DNA of 64,000 bases, taken from NCBI RefSeq assembly GCF_001194135.2, contig NC_068998.1, positions 26,403,340 through 26,467,339 on the forward strand, read 5' to 3'. Below, piece by piece: positions 51,058 through 63,323 of the stretch (positions within the stretch are counted from its first letter, which is position 1; every line of letters starts with the position of its first letter). The position numbers and the translations under genes were made by a program. This DNA is from Octopus bimaculoides (lineage: Eukaryota). The notes under the pieces were generated by a model, which did no database searches, was not told the origin of the DNA, and saw nothing but the letters and a program-made list of their open reading frames with translations.

Positions 51058-51517
51058 ATAAGTCAGTAAATGGTGGGGTTGTGTTAACCGCACGTGGAGA
51101 AATAATAGGAGAATAAACAATAATAATAATAATAAGGCAGAATGCTATACTAAAATATATTTTCAGTTTAGCATTCNNNNNNNNNNNNNNNNNNNNNNNN
51201 NNNNNNNNNNNNNNNNNNNNNNNNNNNNNNNNNNNNNNNNNNNNNNNNNNNNNNNNNNNNNNNNNNNNNNNNNNNNNNNNNNNNNNNNNNNNNNNNNNNN
51301 NNNNNNNNNNNNNNNNNNNNNNNNNNNNNNNNNNNNNNNNNNNNNNNNNNNNNNNNNNNNNNNNNNNNNNNNNNNNNNNNNNNNNNNNNNNNNNNNNNNN
51401 NNNNNNNNNNNNNNNNNNNNNNNNNNNNNNNNNNNNNNNNNNNNNNNNNNNNNNNNNNNNNNNNNNNNNNNNNNNNNNNNNNNNNNNNNNNNNNNNNNNN
51501 NNNNNNNNNNNNNNNNN

Positions 51518-51537
51518 AGACAGACAGACAGACAGGC

Positions 51538-51607
<70 letters not shown>
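51518..51607. repeat. (AGAC)n microsatellite
   Basis: Direct reading. Confidence 0.95.
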
Positions 51608-51608
<1 letters not shown>

Positions 51609-51789
51609 TGCTCTAGAGGATCTGGAAATAGTGGAACCAAATATTCCCTGCAGATAGCTCGGCAAAAATTTGACAATAACAAGTTTATAAAAGAGTAAAT
51701 AAACAACAATTATTTTCGAGACTTAGGAAGCGAAGTGTGACACATTTTACCTAGGTAGAAGCAAACACAACAATAGCAGCAGCAGCAGC

Positions 51790-51825
<36 letters not shown>

Positions 51826-52252
51826 AATAATAATTGTTGCTGAAGTATTTATAACTGAGAGGGAGAATGAGTGTGTTTGGGTATAAAAAAAAAATAGCAT
51901 TAAAGAAAAACTTCTTAAGCAGTTTATATCGAATGTTCGCTGGCGTTTCATCTCCGCGCTCGCTTTATTAATTCCACTTTAATTTAAAGCGTGATCGTTA
52001 TCCTTTTCTTTGATGCTTCACTACTACTTGCATCGGATTTACGCTTTAGATGCATAGTTACGGGAATAAACACAAGGAAAATAACACGAATAACACACAC
52101 ACACACATGACTGTGTTTACGTGATTCGACTTAAAATGGCGACAGCATGACCTAGGGCAAAACAACGTATTATACTTTGAGCATATTTTTCCTTTGTATC
52201 TACATTATGTGAATGGGTGCGTCCCACTGACACTTACATACACACATACCTG

Positions 52253-52288
<36 letters not shown>

Positions 52289-53259
52289 AATATATATATA
52301 NNNNNNNNNNNNNNNNNNNNNNNNNNNNNNNNNNNNNNNNNNNNNNNNNNNNNNNNNNNNNNNNNNNNNNNNNNNNNNNNNNNNNNNNNNNNNNNNNNNN
52401 NNNNNNNNNNNNNNNNNNNNNNNNNNNNNNNNNNNNNNNNNNNNNNNNNNNNNNNNNNNNNNNNNNNNNNNNNNNNNNNNNNNNNNNNNNNNNNNNNNNN
52501 NNNNNNNNNNNNNNNNNNNNNNNNNNNNNNNNNNNNNNNNNNNNNNNNNNNNNNNNNNNNNNNNNNNNNNNNNNNNNNNNNNNNNNNNNNNNNNNNNNNN
52601 NNNNNNNNNNNNNNNNNNNNNNNNNNNNNNNNNNNNNNNNNNNNNNNNNNNNNNNNNNNNNNNNNNNNNNNNNNNNNNNNNNNNNNNNNNNNNNNNNNNN
52701 NNNNNNNNNNNNNNNNNNNNNNNNNNNNNNNNNNNNNNNNNNNNNNNNNNNNNNNNNNNNNNNNNNNNNNNNNNNNNNNNNNNNNNNNNNNNNNNNNNNN
52801 NNNNNNNNNNNNNNNNNNNNNNNNNNNNNNNNNNNNNNNNNNNNNNNNNNNNNNNNNNNNNNNNNNNNNNNNNNNNNNNNNNNNNNNNNNNNNNNNNNNN
52901 NNNNNNNNNNNNNNNNNNNNNNNNNNNNNNNNNNNNNNNNNNNNNNNNNNNNNNNNNNNNNNNNNNNNNNNNNNNNNNNNNNNNNNNNNNNNNNNNNNNN
53001 NNNNNNNNNNNNNNNNNNNNNNNNNNNNNNNNNNNNNNNNNNNNNNNNNNNNNNNNNNNNNNNNNNNNNNNNNNNNNNNNNNNNNNNNNNNNNNNNNNNN
53101 NNNNNNNNNNNNNNNNNNNNNNNNNNNNNNNNNNNNNNNNNNNNNNNNNNNNNNNNNNNNNNNNNNNNNNNNNNNNNNNNNNNNNNNNNNNNNNNNNNNN
53201 NNNNNNNNNNNNNNNNNNNNNNNNNNNTATATATACACACATACATACACACACGCACG

Positions 53260-53298
<39 letters not shown>

Positions 53299-53313
53299 GC
53301 GCGCACACACATA

Positions 53314-53690
53314 CTTTTTTACTTTTACTTGTTTCAGTCATTAGACTGCGGCCATGCTCGGAAGCCGCCGGCCTTGAAGAATTTTTGGTCGACTGAGCCG
53401 ATCACGAGACCTGTTTTTTAAAGCCTAGTACTTATTCTGTTTTGTCGAACAGCTAAGTTACAGGAACGTAAACAAACCAACACCGGTTGTCAAGCAATGG
53501 TAGTGGGCAATCACTGACACAAAGACGCAAACTTACACACACAGGCTTCTTTCGGCCTCTGTCTACAAAATCCTCTCACAACGCTTTGATCAGCCCCTGG
53601 CAATAGTAGAAGACACTTGCTCAAGGTGCCACGTAGTGGGACTGAATCCGGAACCATGTGGTTAGGAAGCGGATTTCTTACCACAGAACC
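53314..53690 (-). mobile_element. SINE family B, full length
   Basis: CTTTTACTTGTTTCAGTCATTAGACTGCGGCCATGCT...GAAGACACTTGCTCAAGGTGCCACGTAGTGGGACTGAATCCGGAACCATGTGG. Confidence 0.92.
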
Positions 53691-53717
53691 GTATGTATTT
53701 GTGAAAATTTAGAGAGG

Positions 53718-53789
<72 letters not shown>

Positions 53790-54192
53790 GAGAAAACTCG
53801 CGTCATATGTCTACAGACGTAACTGTAGTTGCTAATTTTGCTTCAGAACCAATGTCGGTCTGAATTCAATTCCACTGCGCAGACATTGCCTTCCTAAAGC
53901 CTGAACACACTGAACAGTTGCCTGGGGAGCCCCAACTCCAAGTTGCTCAATTCTGTTCTATGTATGCTGGGGACTACAGTCAATAAGTAAATATATAATT
54001 TTGGGGGCCCAGTGCATTGATTTACGCAAGTGCCTAAAGCGTCACGAAGTCGGCACTGTACGCAGCACCTTCGGCATGTATCTTCTCTCAAAGCCTTGGA
54101 TTAACCAATATTGAAGAGTTTGGTAAATTGAAACTCTACAAAAGCCCATCATCTACTTGTGCGCTTGTGTTTTGTCTTATATATAATTTAAA

Positions 54193-54514
54193 AGGAGGGG
54201 TAAGTTGATTCCGTCGACCCCAGGGTTCAACTGGTACTTATATTTTTCGACTTCAAAAGAATGAAAGGTAAAGTCGACCTCGGCGGAATTATATGTACGT
54301 ATTGCTTTCAAATTTTGGCACAAGGCCAGCAATTTCGAAGAAGGGTTAAGATGATTGCATCAACCCCTGTACTCAACTGGTTTTATCGACCCCCGTGAGG
54401 ATGAATTCAGTACGTGAAGATGGACGAAATGCCGCTGAGCATTTCGCCCAGCGTGCCAACGATTCTGCTAGCTCACCACCTTAGAATTATATTAACATAT
54501 TCACATCAGTTTCA

Positions 54515-54565
<51 letters not shown>

Positions 54566-55240
54566 CATTATTATTACCTCTTAGGCTGAGAGCAGGCGGA
54601 ATCGTTACCACGCCGGAAAAAGAAAATGCTTAGTGGCATTTGTTCTGATTTTACGTTCTGAGTTCAAATACTGCCGGGGTCGACTTTGCCTTTCATCCTT
54701 TTGGGGTCGATAAAAATAACTGCCAGTCAAGTACTGGGGATCATTGTAATCGACTACCCCCCCCCCACCTCCAAAATTTCAAGCCTTGGGCCTATAGTAG
54801 AAAGGATTATTACTACCGTCAAGGTGACAAGCCGGCAGAATCGTTAGCATGCCGGACAAAGCATTTAGTGACATTCCTTCCGGCTTTACATTCTGAGTTC
54901 AAATGCCGCTGAGGTCGATAGAATAAGTATCCGTTGAGCAGTAAGGTCGATGCAATCGACTCCCCCTCCCCTCATAATTGCTGACTTTGTGCCAACAATT
55001 AGAAAGCCTCATTACTACCTTTACGAGGGCGGTGGATTGGCTGAATCATTACAGCGTCAGGCAAAATACTTTGCAAAATTTGTTCCGGATCTTTTTGTTC
55101 TGAGTTCAAATCCCGCCGAGATCAACTTTGCCTTTAATCTTTTCGAGGTCAGTAAAATAAAGTACCTGTCAAGTACTGCGCTTCATCGATTCGACTAAGC
55201 CTTCTCTGAAAATTGCTGACCTTGTGCCTATATTAAAGAA
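54193..55240. mobile_element. Cluster of five SINE family A copies: two minus (54193-54290, 54306-54482) and three plus (54582-54806, 54821-55005, 55026-55240)
   Basis: Shared GGCAGAATCGTTAGC / TTCTGAGTTCAAAT / GTCGACTTTGCCTTTCATCCTTT motifs in both orientations around a (TTA)n tract. Confidence 0.9.
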
Positions 55241-55269
55241 ACACTTATTACTATCACCAGCAGCAGCAT

Positions 55270-55307
<38 letters not shown>

Positions 55308-56100
55308 AAGCTGTCAACACTGATAGCTACAAGTACATCAGCCACTTTACCGACAACAATAACATCAACAACCGCAGCAGCAGCAGCAATATTTACAACA
55401 GCAGCAACGAAAACAACAGCAATATCTGTATTGGTGACGGCAGCAGCTGCTGTGGCAATATGAGAGTAATAATGACAGGAAGAGCGATAGCAGCATGACT
55501 AAGTACACAACAGCAACAAGATCAACCAAAGATAAGATCAGTAACAGCAGCAACACTACCACCAGCAGCAGATGTAGCAGTTATATATATATACATATAT
55601 ATATATATANNNNNNNNNNNNNNNNNNNNNNNNNNNNNNNNNNNNNNNNNNNNNNNNNNNNNNNNNNNNNNNNNNNNNNNNNNNNNNNNNNNNNNNNNNN
55701 NNNNNNNNNNNNNNNNNNNNNNNNNNNNNNNNNNNNNNNNNNNNNNNNNNNNNNNNNNNNNNNNNNNNNNNNNNNNNNNNNNNNNNNNNNNNNNNNNNNN
55801 NNNNNNNNNNNNNNNNNNNNNNNNNNNNNNNNNNNNNNNNNNNNNNNNNNNNNNNNNNNNNNNNNNNNNNNNNNNNNNNNNNNNNNNNNNNNNNNNNNNN
55901 NNNNNNNNNNNNNNNNNNNNNNNNNNNNNNNNNNNNNNNNNNNNNNNNNNNNNNNNNNNNNNNNNNNNNNNNNNNNNNNNNNNNNNNNNNNNNNNNNNNN
56001 NNNNNNNNNNNNNNNNNNNNNNNNNNNNNNNNNNNNNNNNNNNNNNNNNNNNNNNNNNNNNNNNNNNNNNNNNNNNNNNNNNNNNNNNNNNNNNNNNNNN

Positions 56101-56168
56101 NCCACGCAGTGGGACTGAACCCGGGACCATGTGGTTGGTAAGCAAGCCACTTACCACACAGCCACTCC
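56101..56168 (-). mobile_element. SINE family B, tRNA-like 5' head
   Basis: CCACGCAGTGGGACTGAACCCGGGACCATGTGGTTGGTAAGCAAGCCACTTACCACACAGCCACT. Confidence 0.92.
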
Positions 56169-56180
56169 TACGGCTATACA

Positions 56181-57950
56181 TCAACAAACCACAACATTAA
56201 GGAGAGCGGCATGAGTAGCAGATGCATCGTGAAGTACAACGACAACAAGATCAACTGCATCAAACAGAGCAGCAACAGTAGCAGTTAAATGCATAACAAC
56301 AATAGGGTCATTTATTTTCACAATAACAACAGCAAATATAATGACTGTGTGTACGACAGTAATAACATCGTTAGCAGAGGAATCGACTGATGTGCTGAAA
56401 GCAACAACAACAACAACAGCTACATTAGCTGTCACAACTGCTGTTACAACTGATACAGCAGCAGTAACACCAGCAGCAACTACATATCTCGTATCATTAG
56501 CTACTGCAGTAACAGCAACTGATACATTATCAACAGCAGTAGCAACGATGGTTGCCATAACAACAGCAACAACTATCACAGTAACAACGACCACACTAGT
56601 AATAATAGCGATAGTAATAATAAGTGTTGCATTAGCAACAGCACCAATTGCTATAATAGCAACAATAACTGATACTATAGTAACAACGGTTGCATAAACT
56701 GGTGCGATAACTACAGCAGCAGTGACAGCATCTACAACAATAGCAGCAACTGATACGTTAGCAACAACTGTGGCTATATCAACAGCAACAGATAAGATGA
56801 TAGCAACAACCGCAGCTGTTGCTGCAATAACTTATTAACTTATGCAGATAATATCAGCAACTGAGGTTAGGATAGTAGTAATAATTTATACATTAGCAAC
56901 AGCAACGGTAGTTATAGCAGCAGCAATAACAGTTACATTAGCAACAACAGTAACTACATGGACAGCAATAATTGATTCAATATCAACAACAGTTGCAATG
57001 ACTGATATAATAGCAACAACATCTGATGCATAAGTAACAACAACGAATATATTGTTAATAACTACAATAGCATGAATAATAACAACAACAGTAACAAGAA
57101 CATCATCAGCACGGCAACAATACCTACAACAACAGTAATAACTCAGGCAATAGAAATAATAGCTGTAAATACAACAGTGACAGCGACTGAAACATAAGCG
57201 ACAACAACAGAAACAGATGTTGCAACAGCGGTAATAAATGAAATTTTAGCAGTTACGTTACAGAGTAACATAACTGTAACATAACTCTAGATACAATGAC
57301 GAAAGTAGCTGTTGCATTGACAGTAACGACAGCAGCAGCAACAGTAGATACAATCGCAACACCAAGAAGTATGTTAGCAATGACATCAGAATAACAGCAA
57401 TAAAATCAGTCATTAGAACTTTCGGCACCAGTACCAATAGATTATCGTTTTAGTTACATTAGAGATAGCACTAGCGTAACACAAGTTATAAGATTAACAT
57501 CATCAAACCACTGAGACGATAGCTTAACTGGTTTACAACTGTACAACAGCAACAATGCCTGTCACTGTAACACCAGTAAATACAACAGCAACAACACTTG
57601 CCATGCTAACACCAATAGATACAACAACACCTGTCATAACAACACCAGTAGATACAACACCAATAGCCACAACAACTCCTGATACAATAAGACCAGTAAA
57701 CACAACTGCAACAATGCCTGTCACAATGACATGGTAAATAGAAACAGCAGTAACAACAGTTAGAATAAAAACAGTAGTAATAATTTTTACAGTAACAACA
57801 ATGGCTGCAAGAATTGCTACAACAGCAAAAGTAGTTACAACACCGGTACAATCGCTACAATAGCAACAGTTGTAGCAGTTGTAGTTACAAAAGAAGCAAC
57901 AATATCTTCCACAACAACTGTTGCTACAACAGTAGTGGAATGTAGTAACT
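56181..57950. repeat. 1.8-kb cryptic trinucleotide (ACA/GCA/ATA/GTA) low-complexity array
   Basis: Period-3 composition gives Thr/Ala/Ile/Val-rich ORFs broken by stops. Confidence 0.85.
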
Positions 57951-58352
57951 GGAATAGTTACAAAACCAGGAATACTGGGAAAGGTTAAAGTTGATTATAT
58001 TAAACTCCAGTGTTTCACTGGTACGTTATCTTTATCAGAAGATGAAGGCGAAGTCAACCATATAAGATTTGAAGTAAAACCGTAAAAGGATGTAACTAAG
58101 AACTGCAGTTGGCACCAGGGATTCTGTCATGTTCCTGCTGCACTTTACTAAATGTATAAGCAACGTAAGCGGTAAAGGCCACAGCAGGGAATCGAAACCC
58201 TTTGTTCGTAGTTACCCTCTATTTTGCAGTTCTCCATCAAAGTTACATTAACGATTCCATAAGTAGACACGTGACTTTTAATGTTCAGTGATCGAACATT
58301 TCATGAAAGATATTTCAGTTGTGATCATCTTGTGTGTGAGTGTGCGTGTGAG

Positions 58353-58385
<33 letters not shown>

Positions 58386-58486
58386 GAGAAACAGACAGAG
58401 ACAGAGAGAGAGAGACAGAGAAAGACAGAGAGAAAGAGAGAAATTATCCACTGTCGCCCCCTCATTCTTATTTTTAAAAATTACAG

Positions 58487-58612
58487 GTGTGATATCGAGA
58501 TTTCACTGTTGTTTCCTTTTGTTGGGACAAGCATATAAAGAGCCCTGGAGTATAAGTGAAAGACGATTAGTTGATGTTGAAGCTTTCCTTCAGAATCTGT
58601 TGCACTCGCGAT
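58487..58612 (+). CDS. Candidate symmetric (phase 1-1) 126-nt exon, G-VISRFHCCFLLLGQAYKEPWSISERRLVDVEAFLQNLLHSR
   Basis: CCCCTCATTCTTATTTTTAAAAATTACAG acceptor and GAT|GTAAGT donor; only the phase-1 frame is open. Confidence 0.33.
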
Positions 58613-60069
58613 GTAAGTGGAACATTAACAGTTCCCGATCCAAAAATTAATAGCGAGGAGCCTCAGCACAGCAGCTCAACCTGAGAATAAAAGTAACCGA
58701 ATCTTCTTCAAACTACACTTTTGCATCTCCAGAAAGGAAAAAGACATAGAAAATTGCAGTTCTAATACGGTATACCTGAAAAAAAAGAAAAAAATGAAAT
58801 GATCAAAGCAATAACCCCTTCGACCATAGCACTTCTCGACCACAGTGGATATCGAAGCTAAACAGTAACTGAACATCATTTTATCTTGTAAAAACTCAGT
58901 ATCTTCTTCAAAACAAACTGACGCTGGTCGAAAAGCTTCAATCTCGTACATAATTAAATCATCGGTGGGTAATTAAAACTGGTGTTATGAGATATCTACA
59001 GCTGGTAAGCCATGAGGCTTTTCGATAAATTAACCGATATGACAAGTATTGGCTTAAATCAAATTTATTCCGCAAGGTCAACAAGGCTTCAGATCTGGTT
59101 GAGAGCTGGGAAGATGACTTCAAGAGATATATGTTGTGGTGTGAGTTTGCAAAGGAGGGGAGAGGTCGGTACGTTTCTAGCTGGGGTTAAGCATGTGTGT
59201 GTGGTGGTGGGTGGGGGGTTGCGTTTTAGAGGAAGCTGCAATCAAAGTTTGAAATGACAATGCTAATAATGCTTTGAAAATATTGAGAAGAAAATCTCAG
59301 CCTATCACGCAGAATGACATCACGTGAAACGAATGGATTTTCATGCGACGCCTTTTTCTTTTCTTTTTTCTTTGTATTTTCTTTTCCATTTATTCTTTTC
59401 TTTTACCTTTTTATCTCCTTCTTCTCGCTCTCCCTCTCTCATTCTCTCGCCTTCTCTATCTATATCTCTCTCCCTCTTTCTCTGTTATTCTGCTGTGAAT
59501 AGAACGACATATTTACTCACTTGTGTAAACAATTGACCAATATTCAGCAGCGTTCTACATTTTATTTGGAAAAAAATCATAGTTTACAGTTATTTTTTTT
59601 ATTCTCTCTCCTTTTCTGTCTTCGATAACTCAAAAGGAAGTTTTAGACAAGAATTATGGCAAGAGAATTTGCTTAACAGAAAGTTTTTGTATTCTATTTT
59701 GTTTCGCTTTATTTTATTTACTTATTTATATGTTTTTGTTATTTCATTGGTAGTTTGAGGGGAGCATATGAGAGATGAAACATGCGAACTTCCACATGAT
59801 AATTTTCAGGTTTTATTGAATCATCCATCTTAAATGAATTGATCGATCAATCTCAATAGTTTCTTCAATAAAACATTTGTTGTAAAGGTAATTACACTGT
59901 TGCAAGAAGAAAAGTAAAGTATTCATAAAATACATACAACAGAAATTCTTTTTGTTTTGTTTTGTTTTTTTGATAATTTATTCACCAAGATTTCTGTTTG
60001 TTATTGTTACTACAGTAAATATTAATACGCCATGTGAATCGATATTGATTTCTAACATAGGTACAGGGC

Positions 60070-60200
60070 TGGTAAGAGAGCTGGGGAGAGGAGTTACTCC
60101 ATTAAATCATCCTCAGTAGTTGACTGGTACATTATTTTATTCACTTCTAAAAGATGAAAGGCAAAAGTAACCTCAGTTGGATTTGAGCACAGAACATGAA
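60070..60200 (-). mobile_element. Degenerate SINE, family A
   Basis: GACTGGTACATTATTTTATTCAC..AAAGATGAAAGGCAAAAGTAACCTCAG..GGATTTGAGCACAGAAC. Confidence 0.7.
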
Positions 60201-61199
60201 AAACCGAAACAAATACAAGACATTTTTCTCCATTTTCTCTATCGATTTTGCGATTTTATCGATGTCGCAGTGGACTGCCACCACACTGAAATCTGAAAAT
60301 ATATTGATACTCGATATGGCACAACGGTTTTGTAAATGTCTGCTCTAAATGCAAAACATGGCAACTAGAGTCACCTCAAATCTCGCCTTTACGTCTTACA
60401 AAAAGAGAACACTTTTGATCAAGTGCCTGTTCAGTCAAGGATAACATGAAAAAAAAAACAACTAGATTGATGTTATGTTGTACCACAGTTAAATTGTATT
60501 GCTTACAACTTCTGCTGAATCAAGAACTGGTTGTAAATGGCTTCTGTGTACAATCATTGCTTTGAAGGAGAGAGTGAAGATGATTAGTGATAGATTAATC
60601 AACCAGATGGATGCTATCGTCATATTGATCATTAATTGACATACTTTCAGTACTGTCCTGGAGCAGTAGATAACCAAACAATGATGAATACATCAATACA
60701 AATACACGCACACACATATATACATTCATATCGCATACATTTGTATGTATGTATAGTATGTATGTATGTATGTATATATGTATGTATGTGTGTATGTATG
60801 TATGCATGTATGTTTGTATGTATGTATATAAGTATTTATGCATATAAGTATTTATGTATATATGTATGTACGTATTCAATTTCTAATTAATTTCTCAAAG
60901 ATAAGGATTACAAAACAGTTCCACTGGTTTGGTAGAAGTATCCAACGTTGATAGGTCTAGAGATAAACATCTGATATATGCATACATACATAGTGTGTGC
61001 GTGTGTGTGTGTACTTCATGGAGCCCATTCATCTCAGTTAAGTATTTGTTTATTGGTGAATGAAATCGTGATTGCAGTTACGAAGTTTTCTCTGTACTCA
61101 AAATAAAAGGCGCTGGTCATCTGAAGAGAGACCAGCCAAGAAACATAGAGCAATCTTCCTACTTTTTTCACGTTTCGAAAAGAATAAAAAGGCATCTTC

Positions 61200-61375
61200 T
61201 TTTATCTTTTACTTGTTTCAGTCATAAGAATGTGGCCATACTGGGGCACCACCTTGAAGCAGTTTTAGTTGAATAAATCGACTCTAGTACTTTAATTACA
61301 CTTTTTTAAAAACCTGATACTTATTCTATCGGGCTCATTTGCCGAACCGCTAATTTACAGGGACATAAACACACA
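61200..61375 (-). mobile_element. SINE family B, 3' part
   Basis: CTTTTACTTGTTTCAGTCAT..GGCCATACTGGGGCACCACCTTGAAG..GCCGAACCGCTAATTTACAGGGAC. Confidence 0.88.
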
Positions 61376-61412
61376 ATCACATATTTTCATATTTGTTTAC
61401 TTTCTTCGGGTT

Positions 61413-61682
61413 AGTCATATGGCGTAGTGGTTAAGAGCGCAGGCTACTAACCCCAAGATTCCGAGTTCGATTCCAGGCAGTGACCTGAATAGTAATAATA
61501 ATAATAATAATATTAATAATAATAATAACATCGAAAAATACCTTAGGAATGAGAACTCAGGTTCAAAATTTCCCCAAGACACCTGATGAAGGCTGTAGGG
61601 TGTATCAGCCGAAACGTTGTGTTAACAACAAACAAGATGAGGACAAATATCCGTCAAATGTAAATAATGTAAATAATGTATA
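61413..61682 (+). mobile_element. tRNA-headed SINE (family E) with an (AAT)n linker and a hammerhead-containing tail
   Basis: A box TGGCGTAGTGG 61420-61430, B box GAGTTCGATTCC 61463-61474, (AAT)n 61488-61528, hammerhead 61578-61623 and terminal TGTAAATAA repeats. Confidence 0.85.
61578..61623 (+). ncRNA. Minimal type I hammerhead ribozyme with an intact catalytic core
   Basis: Stem I GACAC/GTGTT, CTGATGA (61583-61589), extra A, stem II GGCTG-10 nt-CAGCC, GAAA, palindromic AACGTT stem III, and GUU cleavage triplet ending at 61618. Confidence 0.8.
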
Positions 61683-62039
61683 TTAAGTTTATCTTCAGTT
61701 TTTAAAGAAATGCTAATTATGAAAAAAAAATATTCATTAATTACTTGATACCTATGACTCATGTCCAAAACGCAAATTAGTCTATCCATGGCATCGGAAT
61801 ACTAATTTGTGAATAATTTAATAGCGATTGTAATAGAAGCAACTTTGAGGACAGAACCGTTATAAAATACGTCAGGAAAATCTATTTATTCCGTGGATAT
61901 AAAAAATAACAAAACGTTTTTACATTTGCTTATTTTCCTTAGCATAGGTAATAGAAATAGCAGTCTAACATCATCAAAGTTAACGTATATTTTCTAATAT
62001 ACATTACTAATGCATATACATATACACTCACACATGACT

Positions 62040-62955
62040 GCATATATACATGTGTATGTGCGTGTGTGTGTCTGTGTGTGTGTGTGTGTGTCTGTGTATC
62101 TGTGTGTTTCTGTGTGTGTGTTTCTCAGTGTGTGGGTGTGTGTTTCTCTGTGTGTGTGTGTGTTTATGTGTGTGTGTGTGTGTGTATGTGTTTCTGTGTG
62201 TGTGTCTGTGTGTGTGTGTTTGTTTCTGTGTGTGTGTGTATGTGTGTGTGTGTGTCTGTGTGTGTGTGTACACGTACATATGTTGGCTATACATATACCT
62301 ACATGCATAGATGTGTGTGTGTGCGTATCTGTGTTATATCATAGCATTAGACTACACAATTTGATGTCTAATATAAATAGATAATTTATACTTGAATATC
62401 AACCGCTTACGTTATAGCTAATAAGTATTTATATTCTGGGATTATACTAAGTTGTAAACATAAAAGAATTTCGGTGTGGCAGTCGACTATGTGAAACGGT
62501 AATTGGGCTAACCTATCTGATTGTGGTAAAATAGCTGTTAAACTGCAAATTTCTCATACTACATGAAAGAAGGGAGCAGATTAAGCTTGTTAAGCAGCAA
62601 AAAGACGTTTATGTGCGATATTCTCTAGTTAAGCTTGTTTATAGTCCTTTTGGTGTATTTGGTAGCAGCTATTGATGTTTTGCAGGTATATATGCAAACA
62701 TGCATGCACGTATGTATGTATGTATGTATGTATGTATGTATGCATGTATGCATGTATGTATGTATGTATGCATGTATGTATGTATGTATGTATGTATGTA
62801 GGTAGGTAGGTACGTATGTATGTATGTATGTATGTATGCATGTAGGTACGTATGTATGCATGTATGTATCACGTATATGTTTAGACAAACACAAATATAC
62901 ATACAGGTGTGTGTGTGTCTGTGTGTGTGTGTGTGCGTGCGTGTGTGTGTGTGTN
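62040..62955. repeat. Degenerate (TG)n and (TATG)n microsatellite region
   Basis: Direct reading. Confidence 0.9.
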
Positions 62956-63278
62956 NNNNNNNNNNNNNNNNNNNNNNNNNNNNNNNNNNNNNNNNNNNNN
63001 NNNNNNNNNNNNNNNNNNNNNNNNNNNNNNNNNNNNNNNNNNNNNNNNNNNNNNNNNNNNNNNNNNNNNNNNNNNNNNNNNNNNNNNNNNNNNNNNNNNN
63101 NNNNNNNNNNNNNNNNNNNNNNNNNNNNNNNNNNNNNNNNNNNNNNNNNNNNNNNNNNNNNNNNNNNNNNNNNNNNNNNNNNNNNNNNNNNNNNNNNNNN
63201 NNNNNNNNNNNNNNNNNNNNNNNNNNNNNNNNNNNNNNNNNNNNNNNNNNNNNNNNNNNNNNNNNNNNNNNNNNNNNN

Positions 63279-63323
<45 letters not shown>

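Noticed and set aside
53870-54058. Second hAT-like MITE (GGGGCCC / CGGCACTG motifs)
   Set aside because: The left terminus and target duplication could not be identified.
56341-57737. Mucin gene
   Set aside because: Thr/Ala-rich ORFs are broken by stops and a frame change, and lack flanking domains or splice signals.
61413-61485. Functional tRNA gene
   Set aside because: Acceptor and anticodon stems are imperfect, the apparent anticodon ACT is atypical, and it continues into a SINE body.
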